Shown in pieces: positions 40,285 to 50,184 of a DNA stretch of 64,000 nt. The DNA comes from Candidatus Brocadiia bacterium (lineage in GTDB: Bacteria > Planctomycetota > Brocadiia > CAIUPP01), in NCBI GenBank assembly GCA_050015075.1, contig JBEKCB010000002.1, forward strand, positions 160,001 through 224,000. The letters are read 5' to 3'. Under the pieces are notes generated by a model. The model had not been told where the DNA came from. It did not search any database and saw only the letters and a program-made list of their open reading frames with translations. Both the position numbers and the translations under genes were made by a program. How positions within the stretch are numbered: position 1 is the first letter of the stretch; each line of letters starts with the position of its first letter.

Positions 40285-41049
40285 ATGAATATGACCATCG
40301 CCATAACATCCGCGAAGGGGCGCGTGATCATCCGCACCGTGAACCTCAAGAAAATCTACATCAAGAAGGACGTGATAACCGAGGCGCTCCGCGGCGTGGA
40401 CGTGGAGATTTTCACCGGCGAGTTCATCTCTCTCATGGGGCCGTCCGGCTCCGGCAAGAGCACCTTCTTCAACATGGTCGGCGGGCTGGACAGTCCCACG
40501 AGCGGGCGCGTGTTCATTGACGAAGTGGACGTGGCGCAATTGACGGCGGTGGAACTGGCTTTTCTGCGATGCCGGAAGATCGGCTACATCTTCCAGAGCT
40601 ACAACCTGATCCAGTACCTGACGGCGCTGGAAAACGTCACCACGCCGATGGCGTTCGCCGGCGTGGACCCCGACGAGGCGCGCACGCGCGGGATGGAACT
40701 CCTGACGCTGGTGGGCCTGAAGGAGCGGTGGACCCACCGGCCGATCGAAATGTCCGGCGGCCAGCAGCAGCGCGTCGCGATCGCGCGTTCCATGGCCAAC
40801 CGCCCGTCGCTGCTCCTGTGCGACGAGCCGACGGCCAACCTGGACCTGAAGACCGGCCGGGAGATCCTGGAGATCCTCCGGATGCTGAACCAGGAACGCA
40901 ACATGACGATTCTTTGCGCCACGCACGACCACCGCATGTTGGACATCTGCGACCGGCTGATCTGGATCCGTGACGGCCGCGTCGAGCGGATCGCGCGCCG
41001 GGACCAGGTGCAGATCGAAGTCGGCAGCATCGGCGGAGAAAAAGCCTAA
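40285..41049 (+). CDS. ABC ATP-binding protein (LolD/MacB type)
   Basis: GPSGSGKST, MSGGQQQRVAIAR, CDEPTANLD, THD. Confidence 0.93.
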   Translation: MNMTIAITSAKGRVIIRTVNLKKIYIKKDVITEALRGVDVEIFTGEFISLMGPSGSGKSTFFNMVGGLDSPTSGRVFIDEVDVAQLTAVELAFLRCRKIGYIFQSYNLIQYLTALENVTTPMAFAGVDPDEARTRGMELLTLVGLKERWTHRPIEMSGGQQQRVAIARSMANRPSLLLCDEPTANLDLKTGREILEILRMLNQERNMTILCATHDHRMLDICDRLIWIRDGRVERIARRDQVQIEVGSIGGEKA

Positions 41050-44000
41050 GTGCAAATACGGAAGCCTGTTTTCTCGCGTTCATACTCTCTCGCGTTGATC
41101 GGCGCGCTTCTCCTGGCCGCCGCTCCGCGCGCGCCGGCGGAAAACACCGACGCGTTCCACGCCGATTGCCTGGCGCTGACGGCGGACGCTCATCGGCTGA
41201 CCGGCAGCCCCGAATACCGGCGCGCGGCCGACTACGTGGAGCAGCGGTTGCGCGCGAGCGGCATGGACGAGGTCGTCGTCGAGGAGTTCCCCGCCGTCCG
41301 CGCCGTCGTGAAGCGCTGCGACATGACGCTGGAGAATTCGCGGCGGCTCGATCTCCTCCCGATGCGGGCGAACGGGCTGATGCTCCCCGTCACGCCGGCG
41401 GACGGAATCACCGGGCCGATTCAATACGCCGGGATGGGCCGGCTGGAGGACTACGGCCGCGCGCCGGCCGGCGCGATTGTGGTCCTGGACTACAACGCCG
41501 GCGCGGCGTGGATGGATGCCTTCCGGATGGGGGCCAAAGCGGTGGTGTTCGTCCGCAACGGCCCCACGACGGCGCCGGCCGCCCACTCGATCGAGAACCA
41601 CGCCGACTTCCCGCGTTTCTACTATCCGGGTCCGGCCAGCGACCTGCCCGACGGCGCGCCGGCTACCCTTCGCAGCGAAATCGTGTGGGAAAGCGCCACC
41701 GGCCGCAACGTCTTCGGTTTCCTCAAAGGAACCAAGCCGACGTTCGACCTGGAGAAAGAGGAATGCCTTATCCTGGCGGCGAATCTCGACAGCTTCGGCG
41801 AGGTCCCCGAGCGTTCGCCCGGCGCGCGCGGCGCGGCCAACGCCGCCGCCTTGATCCAGATGGCGGAGTACCTGAAGGCGCATCGTCCGCGCCGGCACGT
41901 GCTGCTGGCCTTCTTCGACGGCCAGGCCCAGGGGCATGCCGGAAGCCGGGCGTTCTACCAGGCGCTCGAACCGACCGACAACGAAGCCGGGCTGGTGAAG
42001 CGCGAAGCGTCCTGGAGCGAGGAGACGAAATTCCTCGGCGAGTTGGTCGAAGCCGCCAAGTCGCAGGACCCGTTTGCTCCGGCCGCCGCCGGTGCGGAAC
42101 TGCTCCTTCGATTGAAGGAAAAGGCCAAATGGCACGCCAGCACGCTCAGTATTGATCTGGCGGAATGGCGCCGTAGCGCGGCGCTCGGCACGGCCGCGCC
42201 GGCGGAGGTCGAAGCGCTCCAGAGCCGGATCACGCAGGCGGAGGCGGCCAAGGAGCGGTGGAACGCACTGCTGCGCTGCCTGTCGCGTCGAACACCGGTC
42301 GAGACGGTCCGGACGGAGCTGACGCAGGTCTTCAAGGAGGTCGGCGACGACGTGGACGCCCGCCGGGCGGAATTGGCCGCGGACCGCCGCACGCTCGACG
42401 CGGACCGCCGGCTCCAGGAACTGGTCGGGCAACGATGGATCAGCCTTCATCTCTCGCTGATGCTCGGGGACACGACGCCGCGCTGCGCGTTGATCATCGG
42501 CGGCGAATCGCGATTCCATGCCATTCAGGACAACCCCGGTCTCTACGACCGCATCCAGGCCGCCGCCCTGGCCGCCGCCAGGGAATCGAATGTCCAGCAG
42601 TTCGAGATCTCCTCAGCGGACCTGTCGTTCCCGCAGACGCGCGCGCTGTGGGCCGCGCCGAAGCTGGTCCATAGCGGCGAGGTGGCCGGGCGAATGGGAA
42701 TCTACGATGCCGTGCTGGGCACGGTGCAGGAGGACCTGCGGCTCGAGGGTACGCCGGACGACGTCCCGGCCGCCCTGGACCTGGCGCGGATCGAAACGCA
42801 GGCGCAGGGAATGGCGCCGTTCGTCAAGTCCCTCGCCGACTGCAAGGAGCTTTCGGCGCTCCGGGTGATCGTGCCCGACTACCAGTTCTTCCCCGCCAAG
42901 TTCGAATCCGATCACCGCTCGCACGGACCGCTGGTTATGAGCCGCGCGCCGGGCAGCGCGCTGGCGGACCACCCCCTGAACGGCGCCATGGTCCAGGTCC
43001 TTGCGGACCGCCGGCAGCAGTTCAGCCTCCTTCCCAGGCGCGCTTACGCCTTCAATGATTTCATCCTGCTGCGCACGAACCGGAACGGCGCCTTTCCCTT
43101 CGGCCCGGTGCGCCCGCAGCCGTCCGATCTGACCATCCAGTCATTCGCCGTCTCCTTCGATGAGCACGGGCAGATCCTCCAGGCGAGCACGTACTACTCG
43201 GGTTGGGAGACGCCGTACGAGCGGCTGGAGACCTTCCCCGCAACTCACGGCTGTCTCGTCGTCTCGCAGCGCGCCATGGCCACCGACCCGGTTTCCACGC
43301 GGGTCGAGGCGCAGGTCATGGATGCGCGCTCGGACAGCCCGCTCGACACTGAGCACGCCTGGACCATGACGCGCGACAACAGCGTCGCCTGGTTCTGCGA
43401 GCCGAAGGTGCGGGCGACGAAGCTTTTCGGCCTTCGCTCGGTGGTAGCCTTAAGCGACAAGCCGGTGCTCTATACCAACGTCGCGGAGCGTTCGGCGGAG
43501 GACCTCTGGCAGTTGGACCAGGGGCGCATGCTGACGCTCCAGTCGCGCGGGGTGAACCACCACGCTCTCGACGAGTTGCAGGGGCGCAGCGAGGACCTCT
43601 TCCGCGAGGCCGGCTCCACGGAGGGCGTCCGGGTCGCGGAAGCCCTGCGCGCCTCTTCCTTCATGGCGGGAGCGCCGATTTACTGGGAAGTGCGCACCGC
43701 GCTCGACGACCTCGTCCGAGCCGTGCTGATCCTCCTGGCGCTCGCGGTGCCCTTCGCCTTCGCCCTCGAACGCCTGCTGATCGGCGCGACCAATATTTAC
43801 CGCCAGATCCTCTGGTTCGGCCTCTTCTTTACCGCAACGTTCCTGTTGCTCTTCTTCACCCATCCGGCGTTCGCCGTCTCCAACAGCTCGATCATCATCT
43901 TCCTGGGATTCGTCGTACTGGTACTCTCGCTCGTCGTCATCACGATCATCATGCGGAAATTTGAGACGGAGCTCAAAGCGCTCCGCGGGATGACCACCAC

Positions 44001-45786
44001 CGTTCACAGCGCTGACGTCTCCCGCTTCGGGACGATCATGGCGGCCATGAGCATGGGCGTCTCCACCATGCGCCGCCGCCCGTTGCGCACGGTGCTGACC
44101 GCCGTGACGATCCTCCTGCTGACTTTCACGATCCTCTGCTTTGCCTCCTTCGGCACGGAGCTCGGCGTGATCCGTCTCCGCCTGGGCCCGCCGACCCCTT
44201 ATGCCGGCGCGCTGCTGCACGGGGTCAACTGGGAAATCCTGGACACGCACCTGCTGGAGGTCCTTCGCAGCCGGTGGCCCGACGCGGCGGTCTGCCCGCG
44301 GTACTGGCTGACGCGCGAGAACGACGACGAGCCGGAGTGGACGCTCACGCGCAGCGACGGCACGCGCCCCGCACCGTTGCTCGGGGTCATGGGACTGAGC
44401 CCCGATGAGGTGCGCTATCGCCCCGACCTGGCGGCGCTCCTGGGCAAGCCTTCCACTTCCGACGCGCCGCGAATCTGGATCACCCGGGCCATGGCGGACC
44501 AACTAGGCGTCAAGCCCGGAGAGCAAGTGCTCCTGGGCGGCAAGGCGCTGGAGGTGGGGCCCCTGCTCGACTCCGCGCAGCTCTCCATCGTGCAGGACAT
44601 GGACGAGAGCAGCATCGTGCCCGTGGATTTCCGGCAGCCGCGCAGCAGCCCGCCGCCCCAGACGCCTGAGGCGATGCTGGCGCCGCTCAAGGAAAGCTGG
44701 TCGGCGCTCCCGGTGGACTCGACGGCGATCATCTCGGCGGAAACATCGCTGACTCTCGGCGCGACGCTGCGCGCGGCGCATCTCTATGCCCCGGATGCCG
44801 GGAGAGCCGCCCTCATCGCCGACGACCTGGCGCGGATGGTTCCGTTCCCCGTCAACGCCACGCGCGAGGACGGCGTCTATCGGCTTCTCCTGGGCCCCAA
44901 GCTGAAGGCCAGCGGCGCCGCCGACCTCTTCTTCCCGCTCCTGCTGGGCGGCCTGGTGATCTTCGGCGCGATGCTCGGCTCGGTCGCCGACCGCGAAAAG
45001 GAAATCTACAGTTTCAGCGCCCTCGGCCTGGCGCCGCCCCACGTCGCCGGCCTCTTCTTCGCGGAGGCCATGGTCTACTCCATCCTCGGCGGCCTGGGCG
45101 GTTATCTCGTCGCGCAGGGGATGGTGAAGGCGCTCTCGTTCCTGGCCGGCTTCGGCATCGTGCGCAGGCCGGAGATGAATTATTCCTCCGGCAACGCGGT
45201 GATCGCGATCCTCATCGTGATGGCCACGGTCCTGCTCTCGGCGCTGTACCCGGCGATCCGCGCCAGCCGCAGCGCCAATCCCGGCATCCTGCGCGCGTGG
45301 CGGCCGCCGCGCCCGGTGGGAGACCGCTGCGACATCGTCTTCCCGTTCACGATCTCCGATCACGATGTCGAGGGCGTCATCGGCTTCCTGAAAGAGCACT
45401 TCGACAACTTCGGCGATACGGGCCTGGGTGTCTTTATCGCCAAAGACACCTGTGTGACGCTCGGGAAGGAAGGCCGCCTGGTCCTGGTCTCCGCCGTCTC
45501 CCTGGCGCCGTTCGACCTGGGAGTGGCTCAGCACTTTGAGCTGTCCTATCGCCCCAGCGAGATTCCGGGGATTGACGAGGTCGCTCTCCTCCTCGTCCGC
45601 CAGTCCGGCGAGCCCAAGGACTGGCAGCGCCTCAACAAGCTCTTCCTCGACGACCTGCGCAAACAGTTCCTCATCTGGCGCTCGCTCGCCCCGGAGACGA
45701 TGGATTCATACCGGAGGAATGCGGAGCTGCGGACGCAGAATGCCGAAGCCGGCAACCGGGAAGGACAAGAGTTGAAAGATGGCTGA
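41050..45786 (+). CDS. 1578-aa protein: signal peptide, PA/M28-like ectodomain, multi-TM FtsX-type permease, C-terminal soluble domain
   Basis: HRLTGS..AADYV, PA segment, GRNVFG..ILAANLDS..PGA; MRRRPLRTVLT, MLGSVADREKEIYSFSALGLAP, LYPAIRASR. Confidence 0.8.
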   Translation: MQIRKPVFSRSYSLALIGALLLAAAPRAPAENTDAFHADCLALTADAHRLTGSPEYRRAADYVEQRLRASGMDEVVVEEFPAVRAVVKRCDMTLENSRRLDLLPMRANGLMLPVTPADGITGPIQYAGMGRLEDYGRAPAGAIVVLDYNAGAAWMDAFRMGAKAVVFVRNGPTTAPAAHSIENHADFPRFYYPGPASDLPDGAPATLRSEIVWESATGRNVFGFLKGTKPTFDLEKEECLILAANLDSFGEVPERSPGARGAANAAALIQMAEYLKAHRPRRHVLLAFFDGQAQGHAGSRAFYQALEPTDNEAGLVKREASWSEETKFLGELVEAAKSQDPFAPAAAGAELLLRLKEKAKWHASTLSIDLAEWRRSAALGTAAPAEVEALQSRITQAEAAKERWNALLRCLSRRTPVETVRTELTQVFKEVGDDVDARRAELAADRRTLDADRRLQELVGQRWISLHLSLMLGDTTPRCALIIGGESRFHAIQDNPGLYDRIQAAALAAARESNVQQFEISSADLSFPQTRALWAAPKLVHSGEVAGRMGIYDAVLGTVQEDLRLEGTPDDVPAALDLARIETQAQGMAPFVKSLADCKELSALRVIVPDYQFFPAKFESDHRSHGPLVMSRAPGSALADHPLNGAMVQVLADRRQQFSLLPRRAYAFNDFILLRTNRNGAFPFGPVRPQPSDLTIQSFAVSFDEHGQILQASTYYSGWETPYERLETFPATHGCLVVSQRAMATDPVSTRVEAQVMDARSDSPLDTEHAWTMTRDNSVAWFCEPKVRATKLFGLRSVVALSDKPVLYTNVAERSAEDLWQLDQGRMLTLQSRGVNHHALDELQGRSEDLFREAGSTEGVRVAEALRASSFMAGAPIYWEVRTALDDLVRAVLILLALAVPFAFALERLLIGATNIYRQILWFGLFFTATFLLLFFTHPAFAVSNSSIIIFLGFVVLVLSLVVITIIMRKFETELKALRGMTTTVHSADVSRFGTIMAAMSMGVSTMRRRPLRTVLTAVTILLLTFTILCFASFGTELGVIRLRLGPPTPYAGALLHGVNWEILDTHLLEVLRSRWPDAAVCPRYWLTRENDDEPEWTLTRSDGTRPAPLLGVMGLSPDEVRYRPDLAALLGKPSTSDAPRIWITRAMADQLGVKPGEQVLLGGKALEVGPLLDSAQLSIVQDMDESSIVPVDFRQPRSSPPPQTPEAMLAPLKESWSALPVDSTAIISAETSLTLGATLRAAHLYAPDAGRAALIADDLARMVPFPVNATREDGVYRLLLGPKLKASGAADLFFPLLLGGLVIFGAMLGSVADREKEIYSFSALGLAPPHVAGLFFAEAMVYSILGGLGGYLVAQGMVKALSFLAGFGIVRRPEMNYSSGNAVIAILIVMATVLLSALYPAIRASRSANPGILRAWRPPRPVGDRCDIVFPFTISDHDVEGVIGFLKEHFDNFGDTGLGVFIAKDTCVTLGKEGRLVLVSAVSLAPFDLGVAQHFELSYRPSEIPGIDEVALLLVRQSGEPKDWQRLNKLFLDDLRKQFLIWRSLAPETMDSYRRNAELRTQNAEAGNREGQELKDG

Positions 45787-47785
45787 ACCCGCCAGAAAAC
45801 AGGATCGGGAGTTGGAGGAATTCCGCGGCGCGATGACGCCGCCCGCCTTCTTCGAGGAAGGGTTCAATTGGACCTCCCTGGCCGGAGCGATCTTCATCGG
45901 CCTCTTCATGGTGCCCGGGGCCATCTACATGGGCCTCCTGGCCGGCCAGGGAATCGGGCCGGCGGCCCAATGGGTCACCGTGATCCTCTTCATCGAGGTG
46001 GCCCGCCGCGCCCAGAAGCAACTCAAAGGCGCGGAAATCTTCGTCCTCTTCTTCATGGCCGGCATCATGATGGCCGCCACCGCCGGCGGCGCGGGCGGAT
46101 TGCTCTGGAGCCAGTTCTTCGTGCGCAGTGAGTCCGCGACCGCCTTCGGCCTGGCCGGAAAAATTCCCACCTGGTTTGCGCCGCCGGCCGATTCCTCTTC
46201 CTACAGCCAGCGCAGTTTCCTCCGCATGGACTGGCTCGTGCCGATCGTCCTGATGGTCTTCCAGTTCATCGTCGGCCAGTTGAGCATCATGCTCATCGGG
46301 TACGCGTTCTTCCGGGCCACCAGCGACGTGGAGAAGCTCCCGTTCCCGATGGCGCCGATCGGGGCGCAGGGCGTCATGGCCCTGGCGGAGGACGTGGAGA
46401 AAAAGGAAACCGCCGCCGGCGAGCGCCCGTGGCGCTGGAGGGTCTTCGCGATCGGCGGCGCGATCGGGCTGGCCTTCGGCGCGGTTTACCTGCTCCTGCC
46501 GACCCTCACCGGCGGGCTGACCGGGAAGCCGGTCATGCTCCTGCCGATTCCCTTCAGCGACTTCACCGTCAAGACCCAGAGTTATCTGCCCGCCGTGGCC
46601 ACCGGCATGGCCTGGAACCTCGGCGACCTGATCGTCGGCATGGTGCTGCCGTTCTGGGCGATGGTCGGCAGCCTCGTCGGCCTGTTCATGTCCATGGCCG
46701 CCAATCCGATCCTCTATCACTTGGGCGTCCTCTCTTCCTGGACGCCCGGCGACGACACCGTCACCACGCTGTTCAAGAACAACGTGGACTTCTATTTCAG
46801 CTTCGGCATCGGCATCTCCGTGGCCATCGCCATCGTCGGCATAACGCAGGCGGTCCGCGCCTTCCTGCGGAGCGCCCGCGCGCGAAAGGCCGCCGGGCGG
46901 GCGCCGGCCAGCGACATCCCTAAAGGACGCGGCGATTTCCGGATGTGGATCGTCATCGTCGGTTATACGCTCCTGACGCTCTCTTACATCCTCCTCTCCG
47001 GCTGGCTCGTCCACTGGCACAAGGGAGTCATGCTGGTGCTCATCCTGATCGGGTTTGTTTACACGCCGCTCATCGGCTATGTCACCACCCGCCTCGAAGG
47101 AATCGCCGGGCAGGTCGTGGAAATCCCCATGGTCCGCGAGGCCGGACTCATCCTCAGCGGATTCCGGGGCATCCAGGTCTGGTTCCTGCCCACCGCCAGC
47201 TCCAGCATGTCGCAGATCAGCGGGATGACCGTTTTCTACCGCCAGTGCGAGCTAACCGGCACGAGCTTCCGAAGCATCTGGAAGAGCGTCGTCGCCCTCT
47301 TCCCGGTGATCCTGATCTGCACGGTCCTCTTCTCCAGCTTCATCTGGGGCCTCGCCGAGCTTCCGTCGGTGGTGTATCCGTACTCCCAGAAGATGTGGGA
47401 ACTTTCGGCGGCCAATTCGTGTGTGGTTTACTCCTCCACGACCGGGGATTATTCCATCTTCGAGGACGCCTTCAAATGGAAGAACGTGTTCGTTGGCACC
47501 GGCTTCGGCATGATGATCTTCGGCGTTCTCACCCACCTTGGCGCGCCGATCTTCCTGGTTTACGGTCTCGTGCGCGGGCTCGGCCAGAGCCTGCCGCACA
47601 TCATCATCCCGCAGTTTATCGGCGCGCTGATCGGGCGGTATTACTTCAGGAAGAAACTCGGTCTGAAGTGGCGGCAATACGTCCCCGTCGTCGCCGCCGG
47701 CTTTGCCTGCGGCATGGGGCTGGTGGCCACCGTCGGCGTCGGGATCACGTTCCTGAGCAAGGCGGTCGTCGCGCTGCCGTACTAG
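45779..47785 (+). CDS. OPT/YSL-like putative peptide transporter
   Basis: 668 aa, many TMs; DVEKLPFPMAP, VAAGFACG; overlaps the preceding gene. Confidence 0.75.
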   Translation: MAEPARKQDRELEEFRGAMTPPAFFEEGFNWTSLAGAIFIGLFMVPGAIYMGLLAGQGIGPAAQWVTVILFIEVARRAQKQLKGAEIFVLFFMAGIMMAATAGGAGGLLWSQFFVRSESATAFGLAGKIPTWFAPPADSSSYSQRSFLRMDWLVPIVLMVFQFIVGQLSIMLIGYAFFRATSDVEKLPFPMAPIGAQGVMALAEDVEKKETAAGERPWRWRVFAIGGAIGLAFGAVYLLLPTLTGGLTGKPVMLLPIPFSDFTVKTQSYLPAVATGMAWNLGDLIVGMVLPFWAMVGSLVGLFMSMAANPILYHLGVLSSWTPGDDTVTTLFKNNVDFYFSFGIGISVAIAIVGITQAVRAFLRSARARKAAGRAPASDIPKGRGDFRMWIVIVGYTLLTLSYILLSGWLVHWHKGVMLVLILIGFVYTPLIGYVTTRLEGIAGQVVEIPMVREAGLILSGFRGIQVWFLPTASSSMSQISGMTVFYRQCELTGTSFRSIWKSVVALFPVILICTVLFSSFIWGLAELPSVVYPYSQKMWELSAANSCVVYSSTTGDYSIFEDAFKWKNVFVGTGFGMMIFGVLTHLGAPIFLVYGLVRGLGQSLPHIIIPQFIGALIGRYYFRKKLGLKWRQYVPVVAAGFACGMGLVATVGVGITFLSKAVVALPY

Positions 47786-47819
47786 TGTGGCGTCCCGGAA
47801 AGAAGCTGGATAGTGATGA

Positions 47820-47846
47820 GTCATTCCGAGCGAAGCGAGGAATCTC
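47820..47846. repeat. short palindromic repeat unit GTCATTCCGAGCGAAGCGAGGAATCTC
   Basis: ATTCC...GGAAT stem related to the 58907-58975 element; abuts REP copy 2. Confidence 0.5.
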
Positions 47847-47853
47847 ATACGCC

Positions 47854-47910
47854 GCTTGCAGTGGCGCCGTCAGGCGCTATTTCGTATGCCCTGACGGGCA
47901 CACTACGAGC
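47854..47910. repeat. 57-bp GTAG-type REP-like repeat, copy 2
   Basis: matches 2059-2115 with a few substitutions. Confidence 0.8.
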
Positions 47911-47992
47911 AGCCAGAGCGCGCAGAGTACTGCGCGCGACATGACGCGAGCTGGACTTATGTATGTCATTTCCGGGACAGTAGGATTCTGAA

Positions 47993-48727
47993 ATGAACTC
48001 AGGCGAACCGGCGGTCCTGATCTCGGTGCGGAACCTGAACAAGGAATTCCACATGGGCCGCGCCGTCGTCCAGGCGCTCAGGGACGTCAACGTGGACGTC
48101 CTCACGGGAGAGTACCTTTCCATCATGGGACCGAGCGGCTCCGGCAAAACGACGCTGTTCAACATGCTCGGCGCGCTCGACCGGCCCACCTCCGGGCATG
48201 TCACCGTCGCCGGCGTGGACCTGACCAAGCTCTCGGCGAAGCAACTGGCCTATTTCCGCGGCAACCATATCGGCTACGTCTTTCAGAACTACAATCTCAT
48301 CCCCGCCTATAGCGCCGTGGACAACGTGGCGATGCCCCTCATTTTCAGCGGCGTGCCCCACGACCGCGCCGCCGCGCGCGCCGCAGAGGTCCTCGGCAAA
48401 GTGGGCCTGAGCCATCGCCTGACCCACCGCCCCGACGAACTCTCCGGCGGCCAGCAACAGCGCGTCGCCATCGCCCGCGCGCTGGCCAACGAACCGGCGA
48501 TCATCCTGGCCGATGAGCCCACCGGCAACCTCGACCTGCACACCGGCGAGGAGATCATCCACCTGCTCTTCCGCCTCAGCAAAGACGAAGGGGTGACAGT
48601 CATCGCCTCGACCCACGACTACAAAATGCTCGACGTGTCCGACCGCATTCTGTGGATCAAGGACGGCGCCGTGGAGAAACTCCAGCGCCGCTCGGAATTG
48701 GACATCCGGATTGGAAACGTGAAGTAA
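47993..48727 (+). CDS. ABC ATP-binding protein (LolD/MacB type)
   Basis: GPSGSGKTT, LSGGQQQRVAIARAL, ADEPTGNLD, THD. Confidence 0.93.
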   Translation: MNSGEPAVLISVRNLNKEFHMGRAVVQALRDVNVDVLTGEYLSIMGPSGSGKTTLFNMLGALDRPTSGHVTVAGVDLTKLSAKQLAYFRGNHIGYVFQNYNLIPAYSAVDNVAMPLIFSGVPHDRAAARAAEVLGKVGLSHRLTHRPDELSGGQQQRVAIARALANEPAIILADEPTGNLDLHTGEEIIHLLFRLSKDEGVTVIASTHDYKMLDVSDRILWIKDGAVEKLQRRSELDIRIGNVK

Positions 48728-48756
48728 GCGAACTCTGCAGGACGCCGAGACGAGGC

Positions 48757-50184
48757 CTACCGCTCCAGGTACGCGTCCACCGCATCGGCGGCGCTGCGGC
48801 CGAGCCCGATGGCCCGGACGACGAGCGAGGCGCCGAGGACGGAATCGCCCGCGGCGAACACGCCCCGCGCCGAGGTCGCGAAGGAGTTGTTGACCTGGAT
48901 GTTCCCGCGCTCGTCCGTGCGGAGGTCCAGGTCGCGGACGAGCGGGCCGTGCTCCGCGTGAAGGAATCCCATCGCGAGGAGCACCAGGTCGGCCTTGAGG
49001 TCGAACTCCGAACCGGGCACTTCGCTGAACTGCGACCGCCCCGCCGCGTCCGGCGCCGACCAGCGGACCTTGACGCAGCGCAGCTTGCGGACGCGCCCCT
49101 CGCCGCCGACGAATTCCTTCGCCGTCGCGCTCCACAGCCGCTCGCAGCCTTCCTCGTGCGAGGTCGAGGTGCGCAGGATCAGCGGCCAGGTCGGCCACGG
49201 GTTCTGCGGCGTCCGCTCCGCGGGCGGCTCGGGAAGGATTTCGATCTGGCGGATCTCGCGCGCTCCCTGCCGGCGGCAAGTACCGATGCAGTCCGCGCCG
49301 GTATCGCCGCCGCCGATGACGACCACGTTCAGGTCCTTCGCGGAGATGCGGTTCTCCGGCGGGATGATCTCGCCCGCGTTCAGCCGGTTCTGCTGCGAGA
49401 GGAAATCCGTGGCGAAGTGGATGCCGCCGAGTTCGCGGCCGGCGATCTTCAAATCGCGCGGCACCCGCGAGCCGGTCGTCAGCACCAGGGCGTCGAAGCT
49501 GCTGCGCAGGTAGCGCCCCGAAAGGTCCAGACCGGCTTCGACGCCGGTCTCAAACGCCACGCCTTCGGCGCGCAACTGCTCGACGCGCCGGTCAATCACC
49601 CATTTCTCGAGCTTGAAATCCGGGATGCCGTACCGCAGCACGCCGCCGACGGCCGGGTCACGCTCGAAGACCACCACCTGGTGGCCGCGCCGCGCCAACT
49701 GCTGCGCCGCCGAAAGCCCCGCCGGCCCCGAGCCGATGATCGCGATCTTCCGGCCCGTGCGGAACGCCGCCGGCTCCGGCTGCACCCACCCTTCGTGCCA
49801 GCCGCGCTCGATGATCTGCAGCTCGATCTGCCGGATCGAGACCGCCGGCTGGTTGATGGAGAGCGAGCAGGCCGCCTCGCACAGCGCCGGGCAGATGCGG
49901 CCCGTGATCTCCGGCAGATTGTTGGCCGAGTGCAGCAGGTCCAGCGCCTTGCGCCACTGGCGCCGATGGACCATCTCGTTCCAGTCCGGCACCAGCGCCT
50001 TCACCGGGCAGCCGTAAGCGTGGCAATACGGAATGCCGCAGTCCATGCAGCGCGAAGCCTGCGTCTCGAGCCTCTCCGCGCCCAGGCGCTGCTCGATCTC
50101 CCTGAAGTCGCGGACCCGCTCGGCGACGGGCCGTTTGGCCGCGTCCTCGCGGGTGTGCAGGATGAATCCGACCGGGTTACCCAT
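48757..50184 (-). CDS. gltD: glutamate synthase small subunit
   Basis: MGNPVGF, RCMDCGIPYC, GRICPALCE, GSGPAG, GGGDTGADC, AAGD. Confidence 0.95.
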   Translation of the reverse strand: MGNPVGFILHTREDAAKRPVAERVRDFREIEQRLGAERLETQASRCMDCGIPYCHAYGCPVKALVPDWNEMVHRRQWRKALDLLHSANNLPEITGRICPALCEAACSLSINQPAVSIRQIELQIIERGWHEGWVQPEPAAFRTGRKIAIIGSGPAGLSAAQQLARRGHQVVVFERDPAVGGVLRYGIPDFKLEKWVIDRRVEQLRAEGVAFETGVEAGLDLSGRYLRSSFDALVLTTGSRVPRDLKIAGRELGGIHFATDFLSQQNRLNAGEIIPPENRISAKDLNVVVIGGGDTGADCIGTCRRQGAREIRQIEILPEPPAERTPQNPWPTWPLILRTSTSHEEGCERLWSATAKEFVGGEGRVRKLRCVKVRWSAPDAAGRSQFSEVPGSEFDLKADLVLLAMGFLHAEHGPLVRDLDLRTDERGNIQVNNSFATSARGVFAAGDSVLGASLVVRAIGLGRSAADAVDAYLER

